Positions 1 through 10,709 are shown, counted from the first letter of the stretch. The stretch is DNA of 64,000 bases from an uncultured Lachnospiraceae bacterium (GCA_910576815.1 CAJTKA010000018.1:5485-69484); one strand, 5' to 3'. Notes: a model not told the origin generated them from the letters alone. Numbers and translations: made by a program.

Positions 1-1
1 T

Positions 2-397
2 GGCTGCAATAAGCACGATTTGATTCGCGGGGCGCTTTTGCATGACTATTTTTTGTATGACTGGCACGACAAGGCGTATCTGGCGAACAGACAGCGTCTG
101 CACGGGTTTCATCATCCGATGACGGCATTAAAGAATGCGGAAAAGGAATATGCGCTGACCGATACACAGCGGGAGATCATCAAAAAGCATATGTGGCCTC
201 TGTCAGTGATACCGCCCATGTGCAGAGAAGCCTGGGTGGTGACGGCAGCAGACAAGTACTGTTCGTTTTTGGAGACGGTGGGCTTACATAAGGGACATGG
301 TGCGTATCATGGCGTGGAAAGGTCACCGGTTAGGGCGGAGAGTCTTCGAGAGCGAAAGGGTGTGTTTGGCGCAGACGGTGGGGCGCAGGCATCGTGA
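2..397 (+). CDS. HD-domain phosphohydrolase (5' partial)
   Basis: RGALLHDYFLYDWH, HGFHHP, IIKKHMWP and ADKY motifs; frame open to window start. Confidence 0.8.
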   Translation, partial: GCNKHDLIRGALLHDYFLYDWHDKAYLANRQRLHGFHHPMTALKNAEKEYALTDTQREIIKKHMWPLSVIPPMCREAWVVTAADKYCSFLETVGLHKGHGAYHGVERSPVRAESLRERKGVFGADGGAQAS

Positions 398-1947
398 GTG
401 CAGATCAGAGTCTCTACCAAACGCTGCGGGAGTACGCCGTGGGGGATACCTATCCCTGTCATATGCCGGGGCATAAGCGAAATGCCGCGGGCGGCGAGAT
501 GGCGGATTATTTTGCCATTGATATTACGGAGATCGAGGGTTTTGATGATCTCCACCACGCGGAAGGGATCTTACGGACGGCGCAGGAGCGGGCAAACCGA
601 CTTTACGGAGCCGACGAGACGTTTTTTTTGGTGAACGGAAGTACCGGTGGGATCCTGGCAGCGGTGATGGCGGCGACAAGGCCGGGCGAGGAGATCCTGA
701 TTGCCCGCAACTGCCACAGATCGGTTTATCACGCGGCGCTTATGCAGGACCTCAAGGTGCATTACTATCAACCAAAACAGATTCAAGAATATGATATCTG
801 TGACGGCGTAAGTGCGCAGGAGATCGGAAGGCTGTTAGACAGATATCCCAAGAGCAAAGCGGTGGTGATCACTTCTCCTACCTACGAAGGAATCCTTTCC
901 GATGTAGCGGGCATTGCGGCGGCGGTGCATGAGCGGGGTAAGATCCTGATCGTGGATGAGGCGCATGGCGCGCATCTATCCTGCGGCGCTGTCACTGCGG
1001 GGGCGGATCTGGTGATCCACAGTCTGCACAAGACGCTTCCAAGCCCTACGCAGACGGCGCTTTTGCACGTAAACGGCAATCGTGTAGACAGGGGCAGGCT
1101 TCGCAGTTATCTGGCCATGGTGCAGAGCAGCAGCCCTTCCTATATCCTGATGGCAGGAATAGATGCCTGTGTGCGATTTCTGGAACAGGAAGGGCAGGAG
1201 AGATTTGCCTTTTTTCAGGAGCAATGGAAAGGATTTTTGCAAAAAACTGCGCAGATGCACAACCTGTGCATTGGAAAAATGACAGATATGTCAGAAAAAG
1301 GGCTGGCACTCACTGCCTGGGACATGGGTAAAATCCTGATATCCGTAAAACATACGGATATGACGGGAAAACAGCTTGCCGATGTGCTGCGCAGCGATTA
1401 TCAGATCGAATTGGAGATGGCAGCGGCGACTTACGGGTTGGCGCTGATGACGCTGATGGACACGGTGGAAGGCTGGCAGAGATTGGCTGACGCGCTTTTG
1501 CAAATAGATGATAGGATAGAGAAGAAGCGAGGCGGCGAGCAGTTGCGGCGGGGGTCAAAGACTGCGGAAGACGTGCTGCTGGAGCAAAAGTCTGCGAATG
1601 GCGGGCAGCAGGATTTGCAGACGGATGTAAAGGCGAAGGATGGCGAATCGCCGTCTAAAGTGGCTGCCGACGAATGGCAGCAGGAAGCGGCGCTGACGCT
1701 GGCGCAGGCGTTTCACAGTGAGAGCGAGGAAATTTTGCTGCGCGAGGCGGCAGGCAGGATCAGTGCGGATTTTATCAATCTCTATCCGCCGGGGATTCCG
1801 CTGGCTGCGCCGGGAGAGAAACTGACGCAGAAGCTTCTTGATGAAATAGAGCGGTGTTTGAAAAAGGGTTTTACAGTGCACGGCGTCTCGTCTGCGGGAG
1901 GAATCCGTGTTATAGTTGAAATTCGCGAAAAAATGTGGCATTATTAA
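394..1947 (+). CDS. PLP-dependent Orn/Lys/Arg decarboxylase (YaaO-like)
   Basis: HMPGHK, VNGST, DEAHGAH, SLHKT(PLP Lys), YPPGIP motifs. Confidence 0.85.
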   Translation: MSADQSLYQTLREYAVGDTYPCHMPGHKRNAAGGEMADYFAIDITEIEGFDDLHHAEGILRTAQERANRLYGADETFFLVNGSTGGILAAVMAATRPGEEILIARNCHRSVYHAALMQDLKVHYYQPKQIQEYDICDGVSAQEIGRLLDRYPKSKAVVITSPTYEGILSDVAGIAAAVHERGKILIVDEAHGAHLSCGAVTAGADLVIHSLHKTLPSPTQTALLHVNGNRVDRGRLRSYLAMVQSSSPSYILMAGIDACVRFLEQEGQERFAFFQEQWKGFLQKTAQMHNLCIGKMTDMSEKGLALTAWDMGKILISVKHTDMTGKQLADVLRSDYQIELEMAAATYGLALMTLMDTVEGWQRLADALLQIDDRIEKKRGGEQLRRGSKTAEDVLLEQKSANGGQQDLQTDVKAKDGESPSKVAADEWQQEAALTLAQAFHSESEEILLREAAGRISADFINLYPPGIPLAAPGEKLTQKLLDEIERCLKKGFTVHGVSSAGGIRVIVEIREKMWHY

Positions 1948-1951
1948 ATGT

Positions 1952-2554
1952 ATGGGAAAAATAATTTGCCTGATGGGAAAAAGCTCGTCGGGAAAGGATA
2001 CCATATACAAAAAGTTATTGTCGCAGAAGGACATCTTGCTGCAGACGATCGTGCCCTATACGACCAGACCGATCCGCGCGGGAGAGCAGGAAGGCGTGGA
2101 GTATCACTTTACGGATGAAGCAGGGTTTCAACAGCTTCTGGCACAGGGGAGCGTTGTGGAGCACAGGGCGTATGATACCTGCTACGGAGTCTGGCGGTAT
2201 TTCACGGTGGCAGATGCAGCTATTGACTTGGATAGTCAAAATTATTTGATGATCGGTACGCCGGAAGCTTACAGTAAACTTTGCGGCTTTTACGGGGAGG
2301 AGCAGGTGCTGCCCGTCATGATCGAACTGGACGACGGCGTGCGCTTACAGCGGGCGCTTGACAGAGAAAAGGCGCAGGATCACCCGAAGTATGAGGAGAT
2401 GTGCAGGAGGTATCTAGCGGATAAGCAGGATTTTTCGGAGGAAAAACTTGCGCATTCGGGGATCGAGAGGACATTTTACAACGATAGTCTGGAACGCTGC
2501 ATCGAGGAGATCGTGGAGTATTTGCGGGGGAAATTGAATGAAAAATCATGCTGA
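1952..2554 (+). CDS. gmk: guanylate kinase-like protein
   Basis: GKSSSGKDT P-loop; YTTRPIRAGEQEGVEYHF guanylate kinase signature. Confidence 0.8.
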   Translation: MGKIICLMGKSSSGKDTIYKKLLSQKDILLQTIVPYTTRPIRAGEQEGVEYHFTDEAGFQQLLAQGSVVEHRAYDTCYGVWRYFTVADAAIDLDSQNYLMIGTPEAYSKLCGFYGEEQVLPVMIELDDGVRLQRALDREKAQDHPKYEEMCRRYLADKQDFSEEKLAHSGIERTFYNDSLERCIEEIVEYLRGKLNEKSC

Positions 2555-2611
2555 AGCAGTGATTTCTCATCGCGGGGCATCGCAAGTTGCTGCGATGTCA
2601 GGGAGGTTATA

Positions 2612-3052
2612 GTGGATATTAAGGTAAATCAGGTGCAGCAGGCGCCGCAGATCGAGCAGCCGGTGCAGCCACAGGAGACGGATGGCAATTTCAAATTTAC
2701 GCTTGTCAGCAGGATCGAGGAGCAGGATCTGCAAAATGCCCTCGCGGGGATGATGGAGGAGATCACCAGACAGGGAGATAAGCTGGCCAAGCACCGCGAT
2801 ATCAAGGATATGAAGCGCTACCGTGCGCTGGTGAAGGACTTTCTGAATGAAATCGTCAACCGCTCTCACGCCTTTGCCAGAGAGAACTTTCTGGACAGGA
2901 GGGGACGCCATCGGGTGTACGGAATCATCCGCCTGATCGATAAGAATCTGGATGAGCTGGCGCAGGAATTGGTTAAGGATGAGCAGGATAACCTGTCGAT
3001 CTTGGAAAAAATCGGGGAGATCAGAGGGCTTTTGTTGGATATCTTTACTTAA
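2612..3052 (+). CDS. yaaR: YaaR/DUF327 family protein
   Basis: GTG start with [17 protein letters not shown]...[12 protein letters not shown]; position upstream of holB. Confidence 0.8.
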   Translation: MDIKVNQVQQAPQIEQPVQPQETDGNFKFTLVSRIEEQDLQNALAGMMEEITRQGDKLAKHRDIKDMKRYRALVKDFLNEIVNRSHAFARENFLDRRGRHRVYGIIRLIDKNLDELAQELVKDEQDNLSILEKIGEIRGLLLDIFT

Positions 3053-3065
3053 GGAGTTAATACAA

Positions 3066-4055
3066 ATGGCAAAATTTTCGGACATTGTCGGACAGGAAGA
3101 ATTAAAACAGCATTTGCAGAAGGCGATCGAGACGGACAAGGTGTCTCATGCCTATATCATCAATGGAGAACGCAATGCGGGGAAAGAGTTTATCGCCCGT
3201 CTTTTTGCCATGACCTTACAGTGCGAGCAAGGCGGCACAGACCCTTGTGGGGAATGCCATTCCTGCAAGCAGGCGGCAAGCCGCAATCATCCCGACATTA
3301 TCTATGTCAGCCATGAGAAGCCAAACACCATCGGCGTGGAGGATATCAGAGAGCAGATCAACAATGATATCGGAATCAAGCCCTACAGCGGTCCGCGTAA
3401 GATTTATATTATGAATGAAGGCGAAAAGATGACGCCTCAGGCGCAGAACGCGCTTTTAAAGACGCTTGAGGAGCCGCCTGCCTACGCGGTGATTATGATC
3501 CTTACTTCCAACGTAGAGGAGCTTTTGCCGACGATCATCAGCCGTTGTGTGGTTTTAAACATGAAGCCGGTTTCCGATGCGCAGGTAAAGAAATTCCTGA
3601 TGGAAGAACTTGCCATTCCTGATTACAAGGCCAATATCTGCGTGGCTTTTGCCAGAGGAAATGTGGGAAAAGCAAAGCATCTGGCAGGCAGCGAGGAATT
3701 TGAGAAGGTCAAGGATGAAGCCATATCGTTAGTGAAATACATCAACGATATGGAGATCAACGAGATTGTAAAAGCAATCAAAAAGATAACGGAATACAAT
3801 CTGGATATCAATGATTATTTGGATATTTTAACGGTGTGGTATCGGGATGTGCTCCTGTACAAGGCGACTAAGGATATGAACAGTCTGGTTTTCCGCCAGG
3901 AGATTCAGCAGATCAGAAAGGTGGGAGACAGAAGTACTTATGAGGGGATCGAGACCATAGTAAATGCGCTTCAGCAGGCGAAAAGGCGGCTGGAAGCCAA
4001 TGTGAATTTTGACTTGACGATGGAGCTGCTGCTCCTGACGATCAAGGAAAACTAA
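3066..4055 (+). CDS. holB: DNA polymerase III delta' subunit
   Basis: SHAYII, CGECHSC Zn motif, NHPD, AQNALLKTLEEPP, TIISRC; AAGGAG SD. Confidence 0.9.
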   Translation: MAKFSDIVGQEELKQHLQKAIETDKVSHAYIINGERNAGKEFIARLFAMTLQCEQGGTDPCGECHSCKQAASRNHPDIIYVSHEKPNTIGVEDIREQINNDIGIKPYSGPRKIYIMNEGEKMTPQAQNALLKTLEEPPAYAVIMILTSNVEELLPTIISRCVVLNMKPVSDAQVKKFLMEELAIPDYKANICVAFARGNVGKAKHLAGSEEFEKVKDEAISLVKYINDMEINEIVKAIKKITEYNLDINDYLDILTVWYRDVLLYKATKDMNSLVFRQEIQQIRKVGDRSTYEGIETIVNALQQAKRRLEANVNFDLTMELLLLTIKEN

Positions 4056-4075
4056 TTTTTGGAGGAAAATTTATT

Positions 4076-5092
4076 TTGGAAAAAGTGATAGGCGTGCGGT
4101 TTCGGACCGCCGGTAAGGTATATTTTTTTGATCCGGGAAATTTTGAGATCAAAAAGAACGATCATGTGATCGTGGAGACAGCCAGGGGAATCGAGTATGG
4201 CACGGTGGTAAGTCCTCCCGCTGAAGTGGAGGATGAAAAAGTGGTGCAGCCGCTAAAGGCGGTTCTTCGGATTGCAAATCAGAAGGATGATGAGCAGGAG
4301 GCCGCGAACAAGCAAAAGGAGAAGGAAGCATTCAAGATATGCTTGGAAAAGATCAGAGAACATGGGCTGCAGATGAAACTAATCGACGCGGAATATACGT
4401 TTGATAACAACAAGGTGCTCTTTTATTTTACGGCGGACGGCCGTATTGATTTCAGAGAGCTGGTGAAGGATCTGGCATCAGTCTTTAAAACGAGGATCGA
4501 GCTGCGTCAGATCGGGGTGCGGGATGAGACGAAGATTCTCGGAGGCATTGGGATCTGCGGCAGACCGCTTTGCTGCCATACGCATCTTTCGGAGTTTGCG
4601 CCCGTATCCATCAAGATGGCAAAGGAACAGAACCTTTCCCTGAATCCCACCAAGATATCAGGCGTCTGCGGCAGACTGATGTGCTGCTTAAAGAACGAGG
4701 AGGAGACCTACGAGGAGCTGAACAGAAAGCTTCCCAGTGTAGGCGATTTCGTGACCACGGATGACGGCTTAAAGGGAGAAGTGCAGAGCGTCAACGTGTT
4801 GCGGCAGATGGTCAAGGTTATAGTGGATGTGGGCGATGAAAAGGAGATTCAGGAATACCCTGCGGATCAGCTTCACTTTAAAAAGAGGCACGGCAAAAAG
4901 AATAAGGCGGAGAATGAAGACGCTGAACTGAAAGAACTGGAAAACCTGGAGAAGCAGGATGGAGAAGGAGAGAAAGAGCAGCATTCCGAGAGAAAGAAAG
5001 AGCATTCCGAACGTTCCGAAGGAAAAAACAGAGGGCGTTTTGAAGGAAAAGGCAGACAGCGAAATCGTTCTGAAAGAAAACGAGAGAATTGA
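4076..5092 (+). CDS. yaaT: PSP1-domain stage 0 sporulation protein (YaaT/RicT)
   Basis: RIDFRELVKDLA, GICGRPLCC, KISGVCGRLMCCL; TTG start with GGAGG SD. Confidence 0.9.
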   Translation: MEKVIGVRFRTAGKVYFFDPGNFEIKKNDHVIVETARGIEYGTVVSPPAEVEDEKVVQPLKAVLRIANQKDDEQEAANKQKEKEAFKICLEKIREHGLQMKLIDAEYTFDNNKVLFYFTADGRIDFRELVKDLASVFKTRIELRQIGVRDETKILGGIGICGRPLCCHTHLSEFAPVSIKMAKEQNLSLNPTKISGVCGRLMCCLKNEEETYEELNRKLPSVGDFVTTDDGLKGEVQSVNVLRQMVKVIVDVGDEKEIQEYPADQLHFKKRHGKKNKAENEDAELKELENLEKQDGEGEKEQHSERKKEHSERSEGKNRGRFEGKGRQRNRSERKREN

Positions 5093-5795
5093 CGACTTGC
5101 AGAGAAACGGGTATCGCATCATTCAGGATTCGAAGCGTTTTTGTTTCGGGATGGATGCGGTGCTCCTCTCAGGGTTTGCACAGGTAAAGGACGGGGCGCG
5201 AGTTTTGGATCTTGGAACCGGTACAGGCATTATCCCGCTGCTTTTGGCGGCAAAAACAGGGGCGGCGCATCTGACGGGCTTAGAGATCCAAAAGGACAGC
5301 GCGGATATGGCAAAGCGCAGCGTCTGGCTAAACGGTCTGGAAGAAAGAATCGACATTGTGACAGGAGATATCAAAGAGGCAGGGGAGCTGTTTGCCGCTG
5401 CCTCTTTTGACGTTATCACCTGCAATCCTCCGTACATGATTGGACAGCACGGCCTGAAAAATCCTGCGGATGCCAAAGCCATTGCCAGACATGAGATCCT
5501 CTGCACGTTGGAAGATGTGATCATGCAGACGGAGAGGCTGCTAAAGCCCGGCGGGAAATTTTTTTTGGTACACAGGCCTTTTCGGCTGGCGGAAATCATG
5601 ACTACGCTTGAGAATCATCATCTTGAGCCGAAGCGGATGCGGCTGGTCTATCCCTTTGTAGATAAGGAGCCGAATATGGTGCTTTTGGAGGCGGTCAGAG
5701 GGGGCAGAGCGCGGATGACGGTGGAAAAGCCCCTGATCGTGTACAGCGAACCGGGGGTATATATGCCCGAGATTTATGAGGTGTACGGATATTAA
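4959..5795 (+). CDS. tRNA1(Val) (adenine37-N6)-methyltransferase (YabB/TrmN6-like); start uncertain
   Basis: FCFGMDAVLL, LDLGTGTG SAM motif, NPPY. Confidence 0.85.
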   Translation: MEKERKSSIPRERKSIPNVPKEKTEGVLKEKADSEIVLKENERIDDLQRNGYRIIQDSKRFCFGMDAVLLSGFAQVKDGARVLDLGTGTGIIPLLLAAKTGAAHLTGLEIQKDSADMAKRSVWLNGLEERIDIVTGDIKEAGELFAAASFDVITCNPPYMIGQHGLKNPADAKAIARHEILCTLEDVIMQTERLLKPGGKFFLVHRPFRLAEIMTTLENHHLEPKRMRLVYPFVDKEPNMVLLEAVRGGRARMTVEKPLIVYSEPGVYMPEIYEVYGY

Positions 5796-5812
5796 ACCAT
5801 CTGTCCGCTGCG

Positions 5813-7348
5813 ATGAAAGTGGAGATTGTTGGTAGTATGATATGGTTGTTTGGAGCATTTGCGGTCAGAGGATGGCAGTTAGGGATACGAGGGAAGAAGG
5901 TTCAGGCGGTGTATGGATTTGGCATAAGCAAGCATGGGGATCGAAATAACCGCATCAGGAAATGGCTGTGCAGGAGCCTTGTCTTAGTCGCCATTGGCAT
6001 AATGAATGTTGGCTGCGGCGATACTGCACAGGAAACCATGACGGACATATCGGCTGAGACGGAAACGTCGCAGGAAGCCCTGAATGACAGATCAGTCGAA
6101 ATGGAATCATCGCAGGAAAACCTGTCGGGCAATACGGCGGATGCGGCACGGAAAGACGGGGCGGATATGTCGGATGAGACAGCTAAGGGCGGGAAAGGAC
6201 AATCGCCGCAGAACGGCATCTCTGAAAATGAGGTGGCGGGTGCGGAAGCCGAAGATACAGAAGCCGGTAACGAGGAGCAGATACCGCGCCCGCAGCCTGT
6301 AAAAGTCAAGGGGATCTATGTCAGCGGCCCGGTTGCGGGAATCGACAAAATGGACGAACTGATCGACCTGGTGGACAGAACAGAGTTAAACGCCATGGTG
6401 ATCGACGTCAAGAATGACGAGGGAAAAGTAACTTACAAAATGCAGTCCCCGCAGGTGCAGGAATTGGAGACATCGATTCGTTATATCCCTGACATCGACG
6501 CGCTTGTGGAAAAATGCAAGGCAAAAAATATTTATCTGATTGCCAGGATCGTAGCTTTTCGCGATCCCTATCTGGCGGAAAAGAAGCCTGAATGGGCGTT
6601 ACAGACAAAGGATGGAGAGATTTTCCGTGATCAAAACGGGATGGCGTGGATCAACCCGTATGAGCGGGAGGTTTGGGATTATCTGGTAGAGATTGCTTCG
6701 CAGGCTGCGGCGGATGGCTTTGACGAAGCGCAGTTTGACTACATTCGATTTTCAACCGATGTAGGAGAAGATGAAGTGGACTACGGGCCGCAGGCGGCCG
6801 AAACGGATAAGGTGGAGATCATTACCCAATTTACGGATTATCTGTATGAGAAGCTGGCGCCTAAGGGCGTATATGTGGCGGCGGACGTATTTGGTACGGT
6901 GATCGATAATCAGACGGACCAAAAGATCGTGGGACAGGAGTATGCCGCGATGGCACAGCGTCTGGATTATATCTGTCCGATGGTGTATCCGTCTCATTAT
7001 TATAATGGAGCATACGGGATCGACGTGCCTGATGCGGATCCTTACGCAACGATTTATGCGGCAGCGTCTTCCTCCGCGCGAGAACTGGAAGCGGTGCCCG
7101 AAGAAAAGCGCGCCCATGTGCGCCTGTGGCTGCAGAGCTTTACGGCGGGCTGGATTCAGGGGCATATCAGTTACGGGCCGCAGCAGATTAGAGAGCAGAT
7201 TCAGGGCGTTTACGATGCGGGCTACGAGGAGTGGATCCTTTGGAATGCGGCGGTCAATTATCAGCCTGATTCGCTGCTTGGCGCGGATGCGGAAGCCGAG
7301 GCGGATACGCAGGCGGGAACAGATGCCGAAGCAGCAGATACGGAATAA
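5813..7348 (+). CDS. putative glycoside hydrolase (DUF4015-like), probably a lipoprotein; true start may be downstream
   Basis: VKGIYV, NAMVIDVK, GFDEAQFDYIRF, CPMVYPSHY; hydrophobic stretch ending VGC; acidic linker. Confidence 0.7.
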   Translation: MKVEIVGSMIWLFGAFAVRGWQLGIRGKKVQAVYGFGISKHGDRNNRIRKWLCRSLVLVAIGIMNVGCGDTAQETMTDISAETETSQEALNDRSVEMESSQENLSGNTADAARKDGADMSDETAKGGKGQSPQNGISENEVAGAEAEDTEAGNEEQIPRPQPVKVKGIYVSGPVAGIDKMDELIDLVDRTELNAMVIDVKNDEGKVTYKMQSPQVQELETSIRYIPDIDALVEKCKAKNIYLIARIVAFRDPYLAEKKPEWALQTKDGEIFRDQNGMAWINPYEREVWDYLVEIASQAAADGFDEAQFDYIRFSTDVGEDEVDYGPQAAETDKVEIITQFTDYLYEKLAPKGVYVAADVFGTVIDNQTDQKIVGQEYAAMAQRLDYICPMVYPSHYYNGAYGIDVPDADPYATIYAAASSSARELEAVPEEKRAHVRLWLQSFTAGWIQGHISYGPQQIREQIQGVYDAGYEEWILWNAAVNYQPDSLLGADAEAEADTQAGTDAEAADTE

Positions 7349-7359
7349 GGAGAAAATGA

Positions 7360-8214
7360 ATGTCGGGAATGTTATATTTGTGTGCAACGCCTATCGGTAA
7401 TCTGGGAGACATGACGCCGCGTGTGCAGCAGACGCTGGAGAGCGTCGATCTGATTGCCGCCGAGGACACGCGCAACAGCCTAAAGCTCCTTACCCATTTT
7501 GGGATCAGGACTGCGATGACAAGCTATCACGAATATAATAAGGTGGAAAAAGCGGACTACTTGGTGGAGCAGCTGCGCGAGGGAAAGGATGTGGCGCTGA
7601 TCACGGACGCGGGAACGCCTGCAATCTCCGATCCGGGCGAAGTTTTGGTTGCGAAGTGCCAGGAGGCGGGGATTCCCGTGACTTCTCTGCCGGGTCCTGT
7701 TGCCTGTATCACGGCCCTGACGCTTTCGGGACTTTCCACCAGACGATTTTGCTTCGAGGGTTTTCTGCCTGCTGACAAAAAGGAAAAGCAGGAGGTGTTT
7801 GCAGAGCTTACGGAGGAGTCACGAACGATCATCCTTTATGAGGCGCCCCATCATCTTTTGCGGACACTGAAAGAGTTATATGAAGCGCTGGGCGACCGCA
7901 GGATCACCCTTTGCAGGGAATTGACAAAGAAGTTTGAGACGGTGCTTCCTACGACCTTACAGGAGGCTGCCTCCCGCTACGAGAGCGAGGAGCCGCGCGG
8001 GGAGTATGTGCTGGTGGTGGAGGGGAAAAGCCTGCGACAGAAAAAGGAGGAGCGGCAGGCGGCTTGGCAGAGCATGAGTATCGAGGAGCATATGGCGTTT
8101 TATCAAAAGGATGGCATGGACGAAAAGGCGGCCATGAAGCAGGTGGCGAAGGATCGCGGTGTGCCTAAGAGGGAGATTTACGCTGCCGTTCATGGGGCCC
8201 ATAAGACGAACTAG
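7360..8214 (+). CDS. rsmI: 16S rRNA C1402 2'-O-methyltransferase
   Basis: LYLCATPIGNLGD, AAEDTR, DAGTPAISDPG, YEAPH, RELTK. Confidence 0.95.
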   Translation: MSGMLYLCATPIGNLGDMTPRVQQTLESVDLIAAEDTRNSLKLLTHFGIRTAMTSYHEYNKVEKADYLVEQLREGKDVALITDAGTPAISDPGEVLVAKCQEAGIPVTSLPGPVACITALTLSGLSTRRFCFEGFLPADKKEKQEVFAELTEESRTIILYEAPHHLLRTLKELYEALGDRRITLCRELTKKFETVLPTTLQEAASRYESEEPRGEYVLVVEGKSLRQKKEERQAAWQSMSIEEHMAFYQKDGMDEKAAMKQVAKDRGVPKREIYAAVHGAHKTN

Positions 8215-8232
8215 GTGCTATTGATTGTAATT

Positions 8233-10431
8233 CTATTTAAATAGTTGATGATATTTTGTCCCTGCTGATTGCAGCATAAAATAACTACCTTTTTCAATAA
8301 TTCTGCCATTTTCCATTATATATATAACATCACAGTCCTTAATGATATCTTCTTTATGAGAGATGATTAGGCATAGTATATTTTTTAACTGGAATATTGC
8401 TTTTTTAATATCTTCTTCACTTTCTCTGTCTAAATTGCACGTTGCCTCATCAAAAATTACGACTTCCGGATTTCTTACCAAAGCTCTCGCGATTGCTATC
8501 CGCTGCCTTTGACCGCTTGATAAGTTCATGCCGTTTTCTTCTAAGACAGTATCAATTCCAAAAGGTAATTTTTGCGCAAATTCATTGATGCCGCACAATT
8601 CACATATTGCATGAATCTCATCATCGTTTATGCTGCTGCATCCCAGTACAATATTATTGTATATCGTATCAGATAAAAGGAACGTTTCCTGATTGATATA
8701 AGCAATTTTTTCTCTTATGTCATTTAAAGAAAACTTCCCAATTGGCTGTCCATTTATAAAAATATTACTTCCGGTATTGTAAAACTGCAAAAGTAGTTTC
8801 ACAGCGGTGGATTTACCGCATCCACTTTTACCAACTAAAGCAATCTTTTCTCCTTTATGGGCTTTTAAGGAAAATCCATCTAATATTTTATTTGCTCCAT
8901 CATATGAAAATATAGTTTCTTTATATTCTACCATGTCTATATGATCTAAGACACAGGATTTATCCATTTGTTCATCTTCTGCCTTAGAACTTAGAATGTC
9001 ATTTAATCTTTCAACAGAAACCATTGCTCTCTGGATAATAGGCTGCAATTCTACTAAATTTTTTACCGGAGTTACAAAATAACCTAATAAAAGATAGAAT
9101 GTTACAAGTCCCCCTATTGTTATTGTCCCGGCAGCTACTTCATGAAATCCAATCCATATCAATGAGGTGGTTCCTACCGAATTGATTAATGCAATAAAAG
9201 CATCTTCAGATGCAAAAAATAAATTGCCTCGGAAGATATTATTCACTAAGCTATTAAATTTTTCTTTAAAATTTCTTATCACAATTTCAGTAGCGTTATT
9301 GCCTTTTATTGTTTCTATACCGTCAATGCTTTCTTTAAAAAATGACTGTACCTTCGCATTATCTTCCATTATTGTATGATTTATTTTAAAAATATGATTT
9401 CGATAAAGAAAAATGATTATTATATAAACAGCTACCATAATTAGTGAATATCGAAATAGAAAATTGCACTGTTCATACAATAGCCATCCGCCAAATATAA
9501 CCATCGCCCCATCTAAAACAAGTGTAACCGTGACGCTGGATATTGCATTGCGTATTGCTGCAGTGTCAGAGAATCGGGATATATAATCACCCGTCATTCT
9601 GGAATTTAATATTGATAGTGGAAGTTTTTGAAGATGTATATAATAATCAGTTACTATTTTAATATCAATTTTTTTCGATATCCAAGCTATGAGATAGCTT
9701 CTAATATATAAAATCATACTTTGCAATATGTAAAGAATAATTACAGTAGCAAAAAATGTATTTGCATTCTCTTCTATATTTAAAAAAGCAACCAATGACT
9801 CCAAGGGATTCTTATCAAATTCTTCTTCATGTACTGATTCATTATCAGCGGTAACACTGTGAATATATTCATCAATCACTGTTTGAAATAAATAGGTGCC
9901 GAGCAAACCAATTAGTGATATCATTATTGATATTACTAATATTATAAACAATGCCTTGCAGTGTAGATTCATTATTCCTATATATTTTTTATAGCTGCCT
10001 TTATTTAGGTTGACTTTTTTAAAATCTTCTTTTTTTTCAAAAGAAAGTACATATCCTGACCATTGATTTTCAAACTCTATCTTACTCACTTTAATTCTTC
10101 CATGATCGGGATCAATTATAATAATTTTGTTTTTAGTAATTCGTTCAATAATAACAAAATGATTCGTTTTTAAATGTACAATTAAAGGAAGTTGAATTTC
10201 TTTTGTACTAATAGCCTGCAGTAATTCTTCCATGCTGCCTTCTTTTGCATCACAATGTAAGCCTATTTTTTCACAAGCTTCTACAAGATTGAATATTGTT
10301 GTGCCATTTTTCCCGGAATACGTTATTTCTCTGGCTGTTTGAATTGGCATTTTATATCCATAGTAATAAGCGATCATGGCGAGACAAGCTGCGCCGCAAT
10401 CTGTGCTATCATGCTGTTTGATTATTTTCAT
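8233..10431 (-). CDS. C39 peptidase-containing ABC transporter (bacteriocin exporter/maturase)
   Basis: QHDSTDCGAACLAMI, HF, DP catalytic motifs; TM domain; GKSGCGKST, LSSGQRQR, DEAT. Confidence 0.92.
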   Translation of the reverse strand: MKIIKQHDSTDCGAACLAMIAYYYGYKMPIQTAREITYSGKNGTTIFNLVEACEKIGLHCDAKEGSMEELLQAISTKEIQLPLIVHLKTNHFVIIERITKNKIIIIDPDHGRIKVSKIEFENQWSGYVLSFEKKEDFKKVNLNKGSYKKYIGIMNLHCKALFIILVISIMISLIGLLGTYLFQTVIDEYIHSVTADNESVHEEEFDKNPLESLVAFLNIEENANTFFATVIILYILQSMILYIRSYLIAWISKKIDIKIVTDYYIHLQKLPLSILNSRMTGDYISRFSDTAAIRNAISSVTVTLVLDGAMVIFGGWLLYEQCNFLFRYSLIMVAVYIIIIFLYRNHIFKINHTIMEDNAKVQSFFKESIDGIETIKGNNATEIVIRNFKEKFNSLVNNIFRGNLFFASEDAFIALINSVGTTSLIWIGFHEVAAGTITIGGLVTFYLLLGYFVTPVKNLVELQPIIQRAMVSVERLNDILSSKAEDEQMDKSCVLDHIDMVEYKETIFSYDGANKILDGFSLKAHKGEKIALVGKSGCGKSTAVKLLLQFYNTGSNIFINGQPIGKFSLNDIREKIAYINQETFLLSDTIYNNIVLGCSSINDDEIHAICELCGINEFAQKLPFGIDTVLEENGMNLSSGQRQRIAIARALVRNPEVVIFDEATCNLDRESEEDIKKAIFQLKNILCLIISHKEDIIKDCDVIYIMENGRIIEKGSYFMLQSAGTKYHQLFK

Positions 10432-10502
10432 GAAGCTCTCCTGTCTAATACATAACTTATAAGAAGCTATCCCCGCTATCATATTAAAAGTTTACTAAAC
10501 TG

Positions 10503-10709
10503 TTACCGTCTTCTCAGATCATCGTAATGTACTTCGATTTCATGATTCCTTACGACGCCTTCACATAATACTTTTGCAGTGCTCCAGCTTAATCCACCAT
10601 ATTCGCCAGTATAGGTGGCTTTTTTTGAGAACGTACAAAAACGGCAATTTGCTATATATGTTCCGCCGCCTGTGATTTTTTTCATTTCGGTAGTACTCAT
10701 TGATTTCAT
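10503..10709 (-). CDS. double-glycine leader bacteriocin-like precursor (68 aa)
   Basis: MKSMSTTEMKKITGG leader; GGAGG SD; directly upstream of C39 exporter. Confidence 0.8.
   Translation of the reverse strand: MKSMSTTEMKKITGGGTYIANCRFCTFSKKATYTGEYGGLSWSTAKVLCEGVVRNHEIEVHYDDLRRR

Noticed and set aside
7280..7345. Ala/Asp/Glu-rich tail of the DUF4015-like protein
   Set aside because: Short low-complexity tail with no further structure.
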